From a phage, in the sequence record PZ386980.1: DNA of 64,000 nt. One strand, given 5' to 3'. This document shows, piece after piece, positions 1 to 10,437 of this stretch. The first letter of the stretch is position 1, and each line of letters opens with the position of its first letter. The position numbers were made by a program, and so were the translations under genes. The notes beneath the pieces were generated by a model. That model had not been told where the DNA came from, ran no database searches, and saw only the letters and a list, made by a program, of their open reading frames with translations.

Positions 1-255
1 CTCTAGATATCGATATACACCCTCAAAACCCTCGTTGAATTCGTCGATGAGGGTTTTCTTATCTTCTTGAGTTAATTCAGAAACAATTTTACGGAATGAA
101 TTCTGATTTAATTTTCTACCTTCATGCATTACTCCAATCTCATTCAGAAATGCAATAAAATTAGCACGATTCTCAACAATATCTTCTCTGGAAAATTTAA
201 TCAAAATAGACGCAACAGTAATAATTTCACGAACTGTATCAATATTTTTATTCAT
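1..255 (-). CDS. asiA: AsiA anti-sigma-70 factor, 3' end cut by window edge
   Basis: minus-strand translation from ATG at 253-255 reads MNKNIDTVREIITVASILIKFSREDIVENRANFIAFLNEIG...; matches T4 AsiA from memory; last ~5 codons outside window. Confidence 0.85.
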   Translation of the reverse strand, partial: MNKNIDTVREIITVASILIKFSREDIVENRANFIAFLNEIGVMHEGRKLNQNSFRKIVSELTQEDKKTLIDEFNEGFEGVYRYLE

Positions 256-267
256 TAACTATACCAC

Positions 268-420
268 TCAATTAGTTGACTTTGTTATAATATCATCAGA
301 CGCTTGATTTGTAAACTGGTCTGTGTTATTTTCTTCAAAAATTTTTTCTACGAATTCCTTGAACGACTCACGTTCCTGAGCTACATTATGCTCGATTACT
401 TTTTCAAGATTATGACTCAT
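268..420 (-). CDS. small hypothetical protein (~50 aa)
   Basis: own translation MSHNLEKVIEHNVAQERESF...; ATGA overlap with upstream ORF stop; below ORF-track size cutoff. Confidence 0.35.
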   Translation of the reverse strand: MSHNLEKVIEHNVAQERESFKEFVEKIFEENNTDQFTNQASDDIITKSTN

Positions 421-695
421 TCGAAATAATCTTCAATTTCATAATCATGGACATAAATCATTATAGTTTTTAATACATCATCAATACTTTTTCCTGGTGC
501 TGGAATTACGTAGAAATATCCTGCTTTTGAGAGGTCTTTATAAGTTCCAATCAAGAAATCATTATTCTCAAGATGTAACTCTTCAACTAATTCATTAACA
601 ATTGAGTGGTATAAATTTGGTAGAAACTTATATAGCTTTTCTAGAATATCAATTTTGATTGTGTATTGAACCACAGACTGAGAATCAATAATCAT
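417..695 (-). CDS. arn: probable Arn anti-restriction protein (92 aa)
   Basis: 92-aa ORF MIIDSQSVVQYTIKIDILEKLYKF... with acidic C-terminus, between asiA and motA as in T4. Confidence 0.55.
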   Translation of the reverse strand: MIIDSQSVVQYTIKIDILEKLYKFLPNLYHSIVNELVEELHLENNDFLIGTYKDLSKAGYFYVIPAPGKSIDDVLKTIMIYVHDYEIEDYFE

Positions 696-778
696 AGACC
701 TTCCCCTTATGTTTCTGTTTGCGATTAGATTCTTTAAACGCTTTCTTCTTATCCTTATGAACAGAAGCTTTATTAAAA

Positions 779-997
779 TTATGCTTTGCGACTAAATTGT
801 TCATAGTGCTGAATTACCTCTCTTAAACATTTGCATGTGAATGAAAACTTTTTAGCTACACCGCATTCAAATATATGTTCTCTTAAATCACATGTATCAG
901 TATATCCCATCTCAACAATAAAATGCCTTATTAGATTTTTATCTTTATCATTGAGAGAATTAAAATAATCAGATTTTGAATTAATTTCCCTGGCCAA
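779..997 (-). CDS. hypothetical early protein (72 aa)
   Basis: ORF track; Cys-containing small protein in motA-asiA interval. Confidence 0.45.
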   Translation of the reverse strand: MAREINSKSDYFNSLNDKDKNLIRHFIVEMGYTDTCDLREHIFECGVAKKFSFTCKCLREVIQHYEQFSRKA

Positions 998-1277
998 ATT
1001 GAATCACCTTCAGTTGACGTTTTAATTCTTTTATCATTTCTTCGTTCATCGCAATATAAAGATCGCGTAAAGCAGGTTTTAGCATTCCATTTACCGGAGA
1101 ACTAAATGGGCATACATAATCTTTTCCTACAAGCTTTTTGGTAAATTCCATATCACAAAATTTAAATGCTGGCTCATTCGCATAAATTCCCCAATTAGTT
1201 GACATCATTTTATTGGCATATTCCAGTGCCTGAATTTGATTCATAATTCCATCAATTTGAAACTTTTTAATATTCAT
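981..1277 (-). CDS. hypothetical early protein (98 aa)
   Basis: ORF track; tightly packed with neighbours. Confidence 0.45.
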   Translation of the reverse strand: MNIKKFQIDGIMNQIQALEYANKMMSTNWGIYANEPAFKFCDMEFTKKLVGKDYVCPFSSPVNGMLKPALRDLYIAMNEEMIKELKRQLKVIQFGQGN

Positions 1278-1738
1278 TAGTAAAGGTCCTCAGAGTAAAG
1301 TTCTTTTTCACTGCCACCACGTTCAATACGTACTTGTCCAGCGTAAGTTGCAATAATCATTGCTTCTTCACGTGTCCAATAATTACTGTATTGGTCAATA
1401 AACCCTTGGTCATCATCACAAACTTGTTGAGTAACTAATTGAGGTTTAACTACATCTAAAACTTCTGCCATATCTTTAGAATAATGACGAGCACCTGGAA
1501 CAACGAGAGTTCGTCCATCTTTTAATTTAAAACGGTTGGCTGCACAGACAATTCGTCGTTGATACTTTTGGTTTTCATCCCAATACGCAGTCTGCCAACA
1601 TATTTCAGGAACTTCATCTAAAACATTTTGTTCTGTATATTCACCGCCGTAAGAAGCTAATTTAGCAGCCAGACTTTCCGGAGTCTCACGCAACAAAGCT
1701 TTATCTAACAGAGCTAAACGTTCTTTAAAAGTTTTCAT
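1277..1738 (-). CDS. hypothetical early protein (153 aa)
   Basis: ORF track; stop/start abut neighbouring genes. Confidence 0.5.
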   Translation of the reverse strand: MKTFKERLALLDKALLRETPESLAAKLASYGGEYTEQNVLDEVPEICWQTAYWDENQKYQRRIVCAANRFKLKDGRTLVVPGARHYSKDMAEVLDVVKPQLVTQQVCDDDQGFIDQYSNYWTREEAMIIATYAGQVRIERGGSEKELYSEDLY

Positions 1739-2064
1739 TTAAACCATCCTTTAATACGTTGCCACAAAGTTTTCTGTTGAGCTTTGTTAACACCAATTGA
1801 ACGAATAACTGGTTGAGATTCCTGGAATTCTTTATAATCAGCAAGGTAAATTTCATAAGCCACTTGAACAAAAGTACTGATCGCTGCCATAAAGTTCTTG
1901 CGAATTCCCATAGAGGCTTCAGAACCGCCACGGATGATTAAATATTTACCAGTCTTAATCTTTACGATACTTCCAAGATAAGCTCCATGGTACCAGATAT
2001 CCCAACCTTCTTGAGTAGGTTCTGCGCAACGACGAAGTTCATTGATAATTTCTAACTTGTTCAT
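1735..2064 (-). CDS. hypothetical early protein (109 aa)
   Basis: ORF track; ATGA-type overlap with downstream ORF. Confidence 0.5.
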   Translation of the reverse strand: MNKLEIINELRRCAEPTQEGWDIWYHGAYLGSIVKIKTGKYLIIRGGSEASMGIRKNFMAAISTFVQVAYEIYLADYKEFQESQPVIRSIGVNKAQQKTLWQRIKGWFK

Positions 2065-2074
2065 TATTTATTCC

Positions 2075-2710
2075 TCACAGTTCAGATGCTACAGTGATTA
2101 CTGCTTCAATGTTTTCTTCCGAGCGTTTAATGTCAAGATACACATTACCGTTTTTAGCAATTTTACATGACATTCCGATATCAGTAAATTTCTGAATATG
2201 ATGTTCCATCATTTTGTATCCAAAAATTCGCATATTTCCATTATTGTTAATTTCAAAATTGCGAATTCCATGAGTACGTTTTTCTAAAATAGCGAGATAG
2301 TTACTACGATAAGTTTCAACCTTTTTAAGAACAAATCCATTTTCATCTAAAAGTTTTAACATGAAGTCTTTATCTTCTTCCATATCAGAAGTAATTTCGC
2401 GAGCTTTACGAGTTGCTCGTTTTTTCAGCAGTTCAGGAGCGTTTTCCTGTGCGTATAAAGTTGCTGCATTTGAAATAATATCCTGAGCTTCACCAGTAAT
2501 GATTAATCCATCACCTGATTTCTCCACCAGGCCTTTTTTAATCAACACCCCAATATTACTATTAACTACTGCGTTACCTAAATCTGGATGCACCTCACGA
2601 ACTTCTGCAGCTGTAATGAAATCTTTCTTAGCAATAGTAATTAAAATCGCAGCAGTTTTTTCATTCAGAACATCGTTAGAAGCTTTGATGATGTAAGTTA
2701 CTTTAGACAT
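2075..2710 (-). CDS. motA: MotA middle-transcription activator
   Basis: 211 aa, MSKVTYIIKASNDVLNEKTAAILITIAKKDFITAAEVREVHPDLGNAV...; matches T4 MotA length and sequence from memory. Confidence 0.9.
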   Translation of the reverse strand: MSKVTYIIKASNDVLNEKTAAILITIAKKDFITAAEVREVHPDLGNAVVNSNIGVLIKKGLVEKSGDGLIITGEAQDIISNAATLYAQENAPELLKKRATRKAREITSDMEEDKDFMLKLLDENGFVLKKVETYRSNYLAILEKRTHGIRNFEINNNGNMRIFGYKMMEHHIQKFTDIGMSCKIAKNGNVYLDIKRSEENIEAVITVASEL

Positions 2711-2739
2711 TTTCTAATCTCCGTAATTCTGTATCAGTA

Positions 2740-2805
2740 GTTGATAGTTGTATAATACCACAGTATGCTTTGGTTGTAAACCGGTTTGTGAAAAAAATTT
2801 TTGAA
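2740..2805 (-). promoter_or_regulatory. early promoter cassette (PeSL-type) upstream of motA
   Basis: minus strand reads GTTTAC - 17 nt - GTGGTATTATAC, flanked by A/T-rich UP-like stretch; same cassette recurs at >10 sites. Confidence 0.5.
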
Positions 2806-2834
2806 ATAAAAAAAGGGAGAGCCGAGGCTCTCCC
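2806..2834 (-). terminator. rho-independent terminator downstream of the small ORF 2840-2989
   Basis: GGGAGAGCC/GGCTCTCCC hairpin followed by a U-run on the minus-strand transcript. Confidence 0.55.
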
Positions 2835-2839
2835 TAAAA

Positions 2840-2989
2840 TTACTGCATGACAGTTATCACAGTCATGATAACACGTTGAATTCCGAACGCAAGAAGACCT
2901 CCTGCTACGGCTGGAACAACACCTAAACCCGTCAGTAAAATGCTACCGGATACTAATGCAGCGCTTGTAATACCTATGAATGGACTCAT
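2840..2989 (-). CDS. small hydrophobic membrane peptide (49 aa)
   Basis: own translation MSPFIGITSAALVSGSILLTGLGVVPAVAGG...; ATGA overlap with gene 52 stop. Confidence 0.4.
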   Translation of the reverse strand: MSPFIGITSAALVSGSILLTGLGVVPAVAGGLLAFGIQRVIMTVITVMQ

Positions 2990-4314
2990 TTGATTTCCTC
3001 TAAATCTTTGGTGTATTCAGTAACTACATCAGTAGTTTTCCAATATTCGTTTTCTTCTTTTTTAGCTTTAGCTTCTTCAGCAAGTTTCTTTGCTTCATCG
3101 GAAGTCATATGAAAAATATTCATTCCAACTAGTTTATCAACATAAGAAGAATACATATCGATTTTCGAAAGTTCTTCGGTCAGTTCTTTACGAGTTTTAC
3201 CTTGAACAACAATTTCACCTGAAATTACTTTCTTAATGAAATGTGCCTTGGCAAAGGCTAAACGAAAAGCTGACTCAGTTTCTTTGATTTTGTTATCAAT
3301 TCGTTTTTGGACATAAGTTTTACGAACTTCAACAAAGTCTTTAATTAAATCGACTACGTTATCGTAAACTTGTAGTTTTCCTTTCTCATTAATAACCGTA
3401 ATATTCTGAGAACGACGCTCAATCAACCCGAAGTCTTTCATAATTTTTGCGTGGCGTTCTTCTTCATTATCGCTCAAAGAATATTCTTTACGGAATTTAA
3501 CTTTGAATCCAAAACCGTGCTCACCGCAAGCATCATCCCATGTAATGAAGCCTTTATCTTCAAGTGGGTCTAAAATTTTACTCACATAAGTTTCACGATC
3601 ATACTTATACGGAATCTCAGTGATATGCATTTGAGTTCGTGAAGTAAACTTATATGTTCCACGAATTTCATATTGCCCATCAATTTCAACGACTTCACCA
3701 CGAAATTCTGGGAATTCTACCTTCGGTTTAGTTACTTTCTTTCCTTGAAGAGCTTGTAATACAGCTTTCTTGACAGAAGAAACACTATGAGGAAGAATGT
3801 AAGTTGCATAACCAGTTGCAATACCGGAAACACCATTAAGAAGAACAGTAGGAATAATAGGCAAATAGAAAGCAGGCGGAATGTGTTCTTTATCTTGATG
3901 TACCGGAGCATATTCAGTATCTTTATATACGTTATAGAAATTTTTACTTACACGAGCAAAAATATAACGACTTGCTGCTGCTTTTTGGACGGTACGAGAA
4001 CCAAAGTTTCCTTGACCATCTAACAGAGGAAAGTTATTATTCCAAGTGTTAGCCATCAAAGCACCTGCGTCTTGTGCAGAGTTTTCGCCATGGTGATATC
4101 CAAGGTCCGCTACACCACCTGCAATAGAAGCGAGTTTGTGAAACTTATCTTTATTTCCTCGTGCCAAATCAAGAGCTCGAGCAATAACAAATCGTTGAAC
4201 TGGCTTAAATCCATCAATCATATTTGGAATAGCACGATTTTCAACCGTGTACATAGCATAAGCCAATGCTTCATTATCAATGATACTTTTTAAATCGCGA
4301 TTATTCAGTTGCAT
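2986..4314 (-). CDS. 52: DNA topoisomerase II medium subunit (GyrA-like)
   Basis: 442 aa; N-terminus MQLNNRDLKSIIDNEALAYAMYTVENRAIPNMIDGFKPVQRF is GyrA-like; length equals T4 gp52. Confidence 0.9.
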   Translation of the reverse strand: MQLNNRDLKSIIDNEALAYAMYTVENRAIPNMIDGFKPVQRFVIARALDLARGNKDKFHKLASIAGGVADLGYHHGENSAQDAGALMANTWNNNFPLLDGQGNFGSRTVQKAAASRYIFARVSKNFYNVYKDTEYAPVHQDKEHIPPAFYLPIIPTVLLNGVSGIATGYATYILPHSVSSVKKAVLQALQGKKVTKPKVEFPEFRGEVVEIDGQYEIRGTYKFTSRTQMHITEIPYKYDRETYVSKILDPLEDKGFITWDDACGEHGFGFKVKFRKEYSLSDNEEERHAKIMKDFGLIERRSQNITVINEKGKLQVYDNVVDLIKDFVEVRKTYVQKRIDNKIKETESAFRLAFAKAHFIKKVISGEIVVQGKTRKELTEELSKIDMYSSYVDKLVGMNIFHMTSDEAKKLAEEAKAKKEENEYWKTTDVVTEYTKDLEEIK

Positions 4315-4318
4315 AAAT

Positions 4319-4459
4319 TTACCATACTAGTGAATGTAGTGCCATAATAACATCAGAAATGAAAAGCACGACTTGAATTAATCCGAACATTATTCCGTAA
4401 TATAACGCTATCAATAAAATAACAAGGGTTAATGAATAGCCCAAGATTTTCTTAATCAT
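4319..4459 (-). CDS. small hydrophobic peptide (46 aa)
   Basis: own translation MIKKILGYSLTLVILLIALYYGIMFGLIQ...; in the position of the T4 ac/stp small genes. Confidence 0.35.
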   Translation of the reverse strand: MIKKILGYSLTLVILLIALYYGIMFGLIQVVLFISDVIMALHSLVW

Positions 4460-4607
4460 TTTTTGAACCGATACAAGCGAATAATGATAAAACTGCTAAT
4501 GTCCCTTGAGCTGTTGACTGCAAAAATACTGAAGTTTCTCCAGTTATTATTGTTCCGGCGAATGAAAAGGACCAACAGAAAAAGGCTATACCATTAACAA
4601 ATTTCAT
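4452..4607 (-). CDS. small hydrophobic peptide (~51 aa)
   Basis: own translation MKFVNGIAFFCWSFSFAGTIITGE...; SD-like GAGG upstream. Confidence 0.3.
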   Translation of the reverse strand: MKFVNGIAFFCWSFSFAGTIITGETSVFLQSTAQGTLAVLSLFACIGSKND

Positions 4608-4694
4608 ATTTTCCTCATTAGCGTCCGAAGACGCCTTTAGTTTTAAAATTATTACGATAGAACTGCATCACATGTTCGTTATGGAAATTACTCA

Positions 4695-5138
4695 TTAATA
4701 TGCCTGCAAAACGAATTTAAAGTTATCAGCCAACATACGGTTCATTTCTTCAAGTGTTTGATACTCAGAATGATGATTACGAGTAAACGCTAAAGCTAAC
4801 TGACCTTTACCAAATCCCGTCGTCAGAGGTTTCATCTTAGAAGCAGGCAGATAAAATACTGTGTATGCCATATTGTTATTTGCAATAGTACGCGCAAGCT
4901 GAGACCGGCGTTGACGAATATGACTTAGAACTGCGCTGAATCCTTGCTTAGAACGCTGATTACCAACATAAAATCGTGCAGACACACATGAACCATCGAA
5001 TTCACTTACTAAAAAGTAAAATCCAGGTTTAGATAAAATGTCTTTATGTGGAGTTCCCAAAAACCACTCACCGCCCTTGATTGTACCAATAACAGTAGCG
5101 CCTGCATTATTCAGATCAGTAACAGTCATATATTTCAT
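4695..5138 (-). CDS. possible Ndd nucleoid-disruption protein (147 aa from MKYMTV)
   Basis: track ORF trimmed to ATG preceded by GAGGAAA; size and position between 52 and denB fit T4 ndd; identity by synteny only. Confidence 0.45.
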   Translation of the reverse strand: MKYMTVTDLNNAGATVIGTIKGGEWFLGTPHKDILSKPGFYFLVSEFDGSCVSARFYVGNQRSKQGFSAVLSHIRQRRSQLARTIANNNMAYTVFYLPASKMKPLTTGFGKGQLALAFTRNHHSEYQTLEEMNRMLADNFKFVLQAY

Positions 5139-5198
5139 ATTAATTTCCTCTAAATTATTTTCTACTCCAAGGCCGTATGTATTCATACGGCCATTAAA

Positions 5199-5414
5199 TT
5201 AATCGTCGCAGTCGACGCTCAATTCCCAAAACTCTTCTACAGTATAAGTTTCAGTATCATTTTCAATACAGAAACGTTCATTACTATTATTTTCTAAAGT
5301 AGCATTAACTGTCGGTTTCTCGCTAGTGCTCTTAAGAGGTGAAATACGAATTAACTGATCACCGTTATCTAAACAGAAAATTTCACCAACTTTTACATCT
5401 TTAAAACTTTTCAT
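5199..5414 (-). CDS. hypothetical protein (71 aa)
   Basis: ORF track. Confidence 0.45.
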   Translation of the reverse strand: MKSFKDVKVGEIFCLDNGDQLIRISPLKSTSEKPTVNATLENNSNERFCIENDTETYTVEEFWELSVDCDD

Positions 5415-5529
5415 AATTCACCTCAAGGAGTATAAAATCCAAATGCAGTTGTTGACCATCCCATCCAATATGGAAAATTTGCACCAATGTAAAACATAAG
5501 AATATAAAACCAAATGTTTAGTAAATTCA

Positions 5530-5727
5530 TTATTTTACACCATTCCAAATTGTTTCAACCACAGATTTTAAACCATTTTGATGAATATCAATTCCGACTA
5601 CTGTCATCAAATAGATTCCAACTACAACTGAACCCAAGGCAAAAATCAGCATGAAAATGAATAAAGCCGGAAAAATATTATCGAAAAACCATTCAATAAA
5701 TGTAAAAGCACTGCGTTTACGCTTCAT
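5530..5727 (-). CDS. small membrane protein (65 aa from MKRKRS)
   Basis: ATG at 5725-5727 preceded by GAGGAAAA; hydrophobic core FPALFIFMLIFALGSVVVGIYLMTVVG. Confidence 0.45.
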   Translation of the reverse strand: MKRKRSAFTFIEWFFDNIFPALFIFMLIFALGSVVVGIYLMTVVGIDIHQNGLKSVVETIWNGVK

Positions 5728-5734
5728 ATTTTCC

Positions 5735-5848
5735 TCACATAAATCCAAAGTAAACGTTTAATACATCAATCATTAAAACGATTGGGAATATACTCAAAAC
5801 TATTAGTATTATAACTACATTCCATATAGCTTTAACAATCTTTTTCAT
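5735..5848 (-). CDS. tiny membrane peptide (37 aa)
   Basis: MKKIVKAIWNVVIILIVLSIFPIVLM...; ATG directly after conserved cassette leader ...CAACTACGGAGGAACAGAAA. Confidence 0.35.
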   Translation of the reverse strand: MKKIVKAIWNVVIILIVLSIFPIVLMIDVLNVYFGFM

Positions 5849-5854
5849 TTTCTG

Positions 5855-5910
5855 TTCCTCCGTAGTTGATAGGGTAATAGTACCACGGAAGAACAGTCTT
5901 GTAAACAACT
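5855..5910 (-). promoter_or_regulatory. early promoter cassette (PeSL-type)
   Basis: GTTTAC -35, GGTACTAT -10 region, inverted repeat CTGTTCCTCC/GGAAGAACAG and conserved leader with GGAGG. Confidence 0.5.
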
Positions 5911-6091
5911 TTTTTAAAAATATTCGTAATAAATGTGAATACCAACTACTACCGCTGAAACTTGCACAACCCACCACGCACAAGCAATAAGTACAGAATT
6001 CAAAATTTTCATAATAACCTCATTACAAAAGTAAATGTTAAACAAATTACTGGAATACTAATTAACCAAACAAAACACCACCATAATGAAC

Positions 6092-6355
6092 TCATAGTTC
6101 AATCTCAGCGATTTTCATTTCATTACTATTAATAGCCTCTTTAAGACTATCTGAAAGAATTACATTCCAGTGGTCATTCATATGACCATTAACTAAGCGT
6201 GTAATTTCTTCAGGAGTTGAAAAATAAGGCTGATCAGACTCCCAATGCGATAATCCTAAGCGAGTATAAATCATGCCTTCATCATCACTAGAATATTCAA
6301 CTGACACAAACTCATCAGTTATTTTATGCTTAGCATAATAAAATTTAAATTTCAT
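6092..6355 (-). CDS. hypothetical protein (87 aa from MKFKFYY)
   Basis: track ORF trimmed; the first 33 track codons are read-through of the upstream promoter cassette. Confidence 0.5.
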   Translation of the reverse strand: MKFKFYYAKHKITDEFVSVEYSSDDEGMIYTRLGLSHWESDQPYFSTPEEITRLVNGHMNDHWNVILSDSLKEAINSNEMKIAEIEL

Positions 6356-6364
6356 TTTACTCTC

Positions 6365-6440
6365 CAAATCCGTATCAGTTGATAGTTGTATAGTACCACG
6401 GTCCTTGTGGTATGTAAACTGTTTTGTGAAATTTTTTAAA
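6365..6440 (-). promoter_or_regulatory. early promoter cassette (PeSL-type)
   Basis: minus strand GTTTACATACCACAAGGACCGTGGTACTATACAACTATCAACTGATACGG. Confidence 0.5.
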
Positions 6441-6993
6441 TGGAAAGATACCATCCGTTGTAGTTGCTTTTTCTTACAACCTTACGAAGGTCTTCTCTGT
6501 CACCGATGAACTTCGGAGTGTACTGGATGACACCTGGATGAATTTCTTTAGTGTTGAATATAATTATACAGTCAGCGACTTGATGATTTAGAATGGGCCC
6601 TAGATTTATTCCAGAACCATATGGATACTCTCCGCTGCATCCTGTTGTTACCGAAATCCAACGTGAGTCAGTTTGATGTGTCTTAACTTCTACACGAAGC
6701 CCGCAGTATTTTGGATGCGCCAATACATCCCATGCATATGTGTACGGATCATCGACATCTTCTTGGCCTTTATTGACATATCCGCTTAGCCAATCTGCCA
6801 CAAAAAACTCTGCGTACACAGCAATACGACATCTTTCGATAACTTCTGCCTTATCCTGATTTGGGTTCTGTTTTAAAGAGTATCTTGCAGTATCAGCAAT
6901 TTTGACCTTCATTTCATTGGTTAAATCGCTGTTCGATAGAGTAAATGTCGGAATCTGAAATAGTCTCTGTAACCCAGGATTCGTTTTCTGCAT
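6436..6993 (-). CDS. denB: probable DenB endonuclease IV
   Basis: 185 aa, same length and position (adjacent to rIIB) as T4 denB; sequence itself not recalled. Confidence 0.55.
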   Translation of the reverse strand: MQKTNPGLQRLFQIPTFTLSNSDLTNEMKVKIADTARYSLKQNPNQDKAEVIERCRIAVYAEFFVADWLSGYVNKGQEDVDDPYTYAWDVLAHPKYCGLRVEVKTHQTDSRWISVTTGCSGEYPYGSGINLGPILNHQVADCIIIFNTKEIHPGVIQYTPKFIGDREDLRKVVRKSNYNGWYLSI

Positions 6994-7050
6994 TTAAACT
7001 TTCCTTTATGTCGGAATCACTGATATTCATATAAATCATAATTTCTCTTA

Positions 7051-7075
7051 AAACAAAAGGGCCGAAGCCCCTTAT
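7051..7075 (-). terminator. CUUCGG hairpin with U-run (terminator-like)
   Basis: minus strand GGGGCUUCGGCCC followed by UUUUGUUUU. Confidence 0.45.
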
Positions 7076-7076
7076 T

Positions 7077-7271
7077 TTATTTGAATTGTGCAATTCTTTT
7101 CTCTAAACATTCAGCATAAGATTTCATTGAGATAAACTGCGAAAGTAGCAGTTCTTGCTCAACTGCGCTAACTGTTAGAAACTTTGCGCTTTCTAAAAAT
7201 TTACTCAGTGCATTAATTTTGAGCATTAATTGATCGTATTCTTCTTTTACTCGTGCTTGATAACCTAACAT
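7077..7271 (-). CDS. hypothetical protein (64 aa)
   Basis: ORF track; AAGGA SD upstream. Confidence 0.5.
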   Translation of the reverse strand: MLGYQARVKEEYDQLMLKINALSKFLESAKFLTVSAVEQELLLSQFISMKSYAECLEKRIAQFK

Positions 7272-7299
7272 AATTTTCCTTAGTTAAGGGCCGAAGCCC

Positions 7300-8238
7300 T
7301 TATTTAAATTGTTCAGTAACGTCTTCAACTACTTCGTATTGGCAGGTACGCATTTTAGCATCATTGTAATCAATCGGAATTGATACTACATCACGTGGAT
7401 GTACTTTAACTTTTACAACTCGGCTGGTTGAACCACCGAAGTGACGAATATAAGATTTAGAACACACATGCAGACCACGAGAACAAGTTTGTGTATCATC
7501 GTCATTCACACGAGTACGTGGCATTTTAACTACTTTACCAGGACTGTTATCAAAGGTGTTTGAGTGACAGTCAAAGTAATTGCTGCGAACTACTTTCCAA
7601 GCATAGAAGTAACCATCTTCTGTAATTTCAATATCGTTTGCTACCAAGAAATCAAAAAGTCGAGATACCGCTTTCTGGCTTGGGTTTTCCAGCAGATTTT
7701 CCAAGAACGGAAAATAAAATTCAAAGTTTTCGCCTTTTTCCATCGAATCAAGAATACGATCAACCAAACCAGACCGCAATTCAATATTTTGATAGAATAA
7801 GCTTCCACCTTCAATTCGAACATCGCCGGAAATATATTTTTCAACAGCGCGACGAACATTAATTTTTTGTGCCGCTTCTTCCAGCTTATCCGCTACAAGC
7901 AGATTGAGAATTTCCTGGAAGTTTGAATGAGTATTAGGTGTTGCATTATAAGTTACACCATCGACAGTAATCGAAATGAATTTTTTAGATGCATTCCAAA
8001 TAATGTCAGATTTAGTAACTGGAGCAATAACTGCATCGCTATTAACTTTAACTGTAATATCACCGCTAATAGTAACTTTAGAGCGTTTAGCTTCTTCAGC
8101 ATTTTTCAAAACACGACGGATTGTATCAACCGATACACCTTGCCAATCAGCCAATTCCTGCTGAGTATAATTACCGCTTGAATACAGTTTAACAATTTCA
8201 GCTTGTTCGTTTTTGGTCAGGCATTTAATATTGTACAT
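7300..8238 (-). CDS. rIIB: rIIB rapid-lysis / membrane-associated protein
   Basis: 312 aa, MYNIKCLTKNEQAEIVKLYSSGNYTQQELADWQGVSVDTIRRVL...; length and sequence match T4 rIIB from memory. Confidence 0.9.
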   Translation of the reverse strand: MYNIKCLTKNEQAEIVKLYSSGNYTQQELADWQGVSVDTIRRVLKNAEEAKRSKVTISGDITVKVNSDAVIAPVTKSDIIWNASKKFISITVDGVTYNATPNTHSNFQEILNLLVADKLEEAAQKINVRRAVEKYISGDVRIEGGSLFYQNIELRSGLVDRILDSMEKGENFEFYFPFLENLLENPSQKAVSRLFDFLVANDIEITEDGYFYAWKVVRSNYFDCHSNTFDNSPGKVVKMPRTRVNDDDTQTCSRGLHVCSKSYIRHFGGSTSRVVKVKVHPRDVVSIPIDYNDAKMRTCQYEVVEDVTEQFK

Positions 8239-8249
8239 AATTTTCCTTA

Positions 8250-10427
8250 TTAGGCCGCAAGGGCCTTCATAGTTTTAGCGATTTGGGAAACTTCATCATC
8301 ACTTAAAGAGTTGCGATATCCGATGAAGTCGGAAACAATACGGAATTTCTTGGTAAACTCAGCAACCATTTTATCACTATTTTTTGAAGCATTATTTGAT
8401 AATACATCAAAAAGATTAGTTACTGTCCAGATATCATGACCGATGGTATCTTTTCCACCATTAAAATATACACCGCGCAATGAACTAACTATATTAGCGA
8501 GTCGTGTATATTCTTCAGAAACTTCATCTGTACTGAAGTACTTCATCATAAAATCTAGCTCAGGATACTTGATAATTTTATCAATATATCGTTGAGCTGA
8601 ACTTGAATAACCTACATACTTATCATAATCTACATCATCAAAAGCATCTATATATAAATCACGCAAAGCTTCAAAAATACATTGGCACTGACCGAGTTCT
8701 TTTACCTTTTTCTGTAAAAGCGGACGAATAACATAAAATTCATTAATGCCAATAAGATTAGCCATACGAATCAAAATATTCATAGATGGATGACAAAGAG
8801 ATGTAGTACCATCCATAGAGAAAATATCAGAACGATGCATATACGCTACATAACCAGTAATTTCATCTGCTTCTGACGTAAGTGTAAATAGTTCCTCTTT
8901 TTCCCATCGCCCATCTTTAATTTCAAATTTAAATGCTGTAGCAGCTTTAGGACGAGGAGCTTTACTTTTAACTACCTTTGGAATATAGCTTTTAACTAAA
9001 TTTTCAATTTCTGACAAATAATGAATGTTAACTTCATCACTTTCAAACATTGCCATAATATCAGGTAGTAAATCAATCTGCGATTCTACTTCCGGATTAA
9101 TAAACAGAAGACGCTCATTGTGATGAATATTCAAAGTGTTATTAAATTCACTATCATCTAACGCGTGTGCTAATCCACGGACAATATTAACACGATTTTT
9201 AATATTATCAATAACGATATTAATTTTTGTTGTATTAATACCAAACAGACGATAACTTGATGCAACGGCTGAAGTTTCATGACTTTGCTTAATGCGTTTC
9301 AGTCGAGGGTCAAGATTTACTTCATACACCACGCCTGCATTACATAACTTACTGTCAGGTTCAAACATGCTCTGCATCTTTTTATATGACAGATTTTTAG
9401 TCGTGAATTTGACTGAATTACTAATCATATAATCTCGAGCAGAATACCCCATCTTCATCAATTCACGATATGTGTGACGGGGAGATGTTGATTCTTTAAA
9501 TCGTTTTACATCTTCATTAAATGCTTTCTCACTGAGTTCTTTAACTCGTTCAATAATATTTTTACGAGTACGATCATCCAGCGAAAGAGCCTCGCGAGAT
9601 GGAGCAATATCAAGTGAACCCATTGGAAACTTAATGTAATTCACTTCATTGCGAATGCTTAGCCAGTTACGGTCTCTAATAACACCATCGATAGGATAAA
9701 CAATACCGCCATAGATAGCATATAATCCACCACGATCTGGCCAGTATCTTTCTGGATTTACGCCATAATAATCATCAAAATCCGGAAAATAATCAATTTC
9801 GCGGTCAAGACCATTAATGATAGCCAAATCTTTGAACGGTCGCATGATATAAGAAACTTCATAAGCAAAGTTTCTAAAGTCTTTTTCTTCAACTGGAACT
9901 ACGATTTCAATACCAGTTTTATCATCTGGACCCATTTCTTTTACGAATGTAGGTTTAATCTGTGGGCCATCACCATCCATGTAAGCTACATAACCACGAA
10001 TTTCACCTTTATGATACGAAGTAATACTAAACGTATCAGTATAACTAAACGGAGATTTAGAACCTAAACCAAATCCGCCAATGAAATCGTTAGATTCAGC
10101 TTTAGATGAACTGAAGTATGAATTATACAAACCAGGAGAATTATCATCACCCTGAATATCAAAATCACTCATACCCGGACCAAAATCTCGGCAAACAAAT
10201 CGTGGATCTAAACGTCCAGGAACTTGAATGATAAATTTTTCAGGATTTCCATTGAGAGCATGGGCATCAATCATGTTGGTAATCAATTCACGGACTACTG
10301 CGCGAATTTTGTTTGTATACAAATCAGACGACAGAATTTTAAATACTTTAGGAGATGCTGTGATGCTAAATGCTTTTGATTTAGAACCATTACCAAGAAT
10401 TGTTTCTTTTTCAGTGGTGATAATCAT
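8250..10427 (-). CDS. rIIA: rIIA rapid-lysis protein (GHKL-type ATPase fold)
   Basis: 725 aa, [56 protein letters not shown]...; same length as T4 rIIA. Confidence 0.92.
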   Translation of the reverse strand: MIITTEKETILGNGSKSKAFSITASPKVFKILSSDLYTNKIRAVVRELITNMIDAHALNGNPEKFIIQVPGRLDPRFVCRDFGPGMSDFDIQGDDNSPGLYNSYFSSSKAESNDFIGGFGLGSKSPFSYTDTFSITSYHKGEIRGYVAYMDGDGPQIKPTFVKEMGPDDKTGIEIVVPVEEKDFRNFAYEVSYIMRPFKDLAIINGLDREIDYFPDFDDYYGVNPERYWPDRGGLYAIYGGIVYPIDGVIRDRNWLSIRNEVNYIKFPMGSLDIAPSREALSLDDRTRKNIIERVKELSEKAFNEDVKRFKESTSPRHTYRELMKMGYSARDYMISNSVKFTTKNLSYKKMQSMFEPDSKLCNAGVVYEVNLDPRLKRIKQSHETSAVASSYRLFGINTTKINIVIDNIKNRVNIVRGLAHALDDSEFNNTLNIHHNERLLFINPEVESQIDLLPDIMAMFESDEVNIHYLSEIENLVKSYIPKVVKSKAPRPKAATAFKFEIKDGRWEKEELFTLTSEADEITGYVAYMHRSDIFSMDGTTSLCHPSMNILIRMANLIGINEFYVIRPLLQKKVKELGQCQCIFEALRDLYIDAFDDVDYDKYVGYSSSAQRYIDKIIKYPELDFMMKYFSTDEVSEEYTRLANIVSSLRGVYFNGGKDTIGHDIWTVTNLFDVLSNNASKNSDKMVAEFTKKFRIVSDFIGYRNSLSDDEVSQIAKTMKALAA

Positions 10428-10437
10428 AATTTCCTCA

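Noticed and set aside
6092-6454. Shared N-terminus GTIQLSTDTDLE in two track ORFs (here and 61804-62838)
   Set aside because: The shared peptide is a translation of the repeated promoter cassette; the real starts are downstream ATGs with SDs (6355 and 62772).
7564-8181. Several 62-84-aa ORFs on both strands inside rIIB
   Set aside because: All nested in alternative frames of rIIB; no independent signals.
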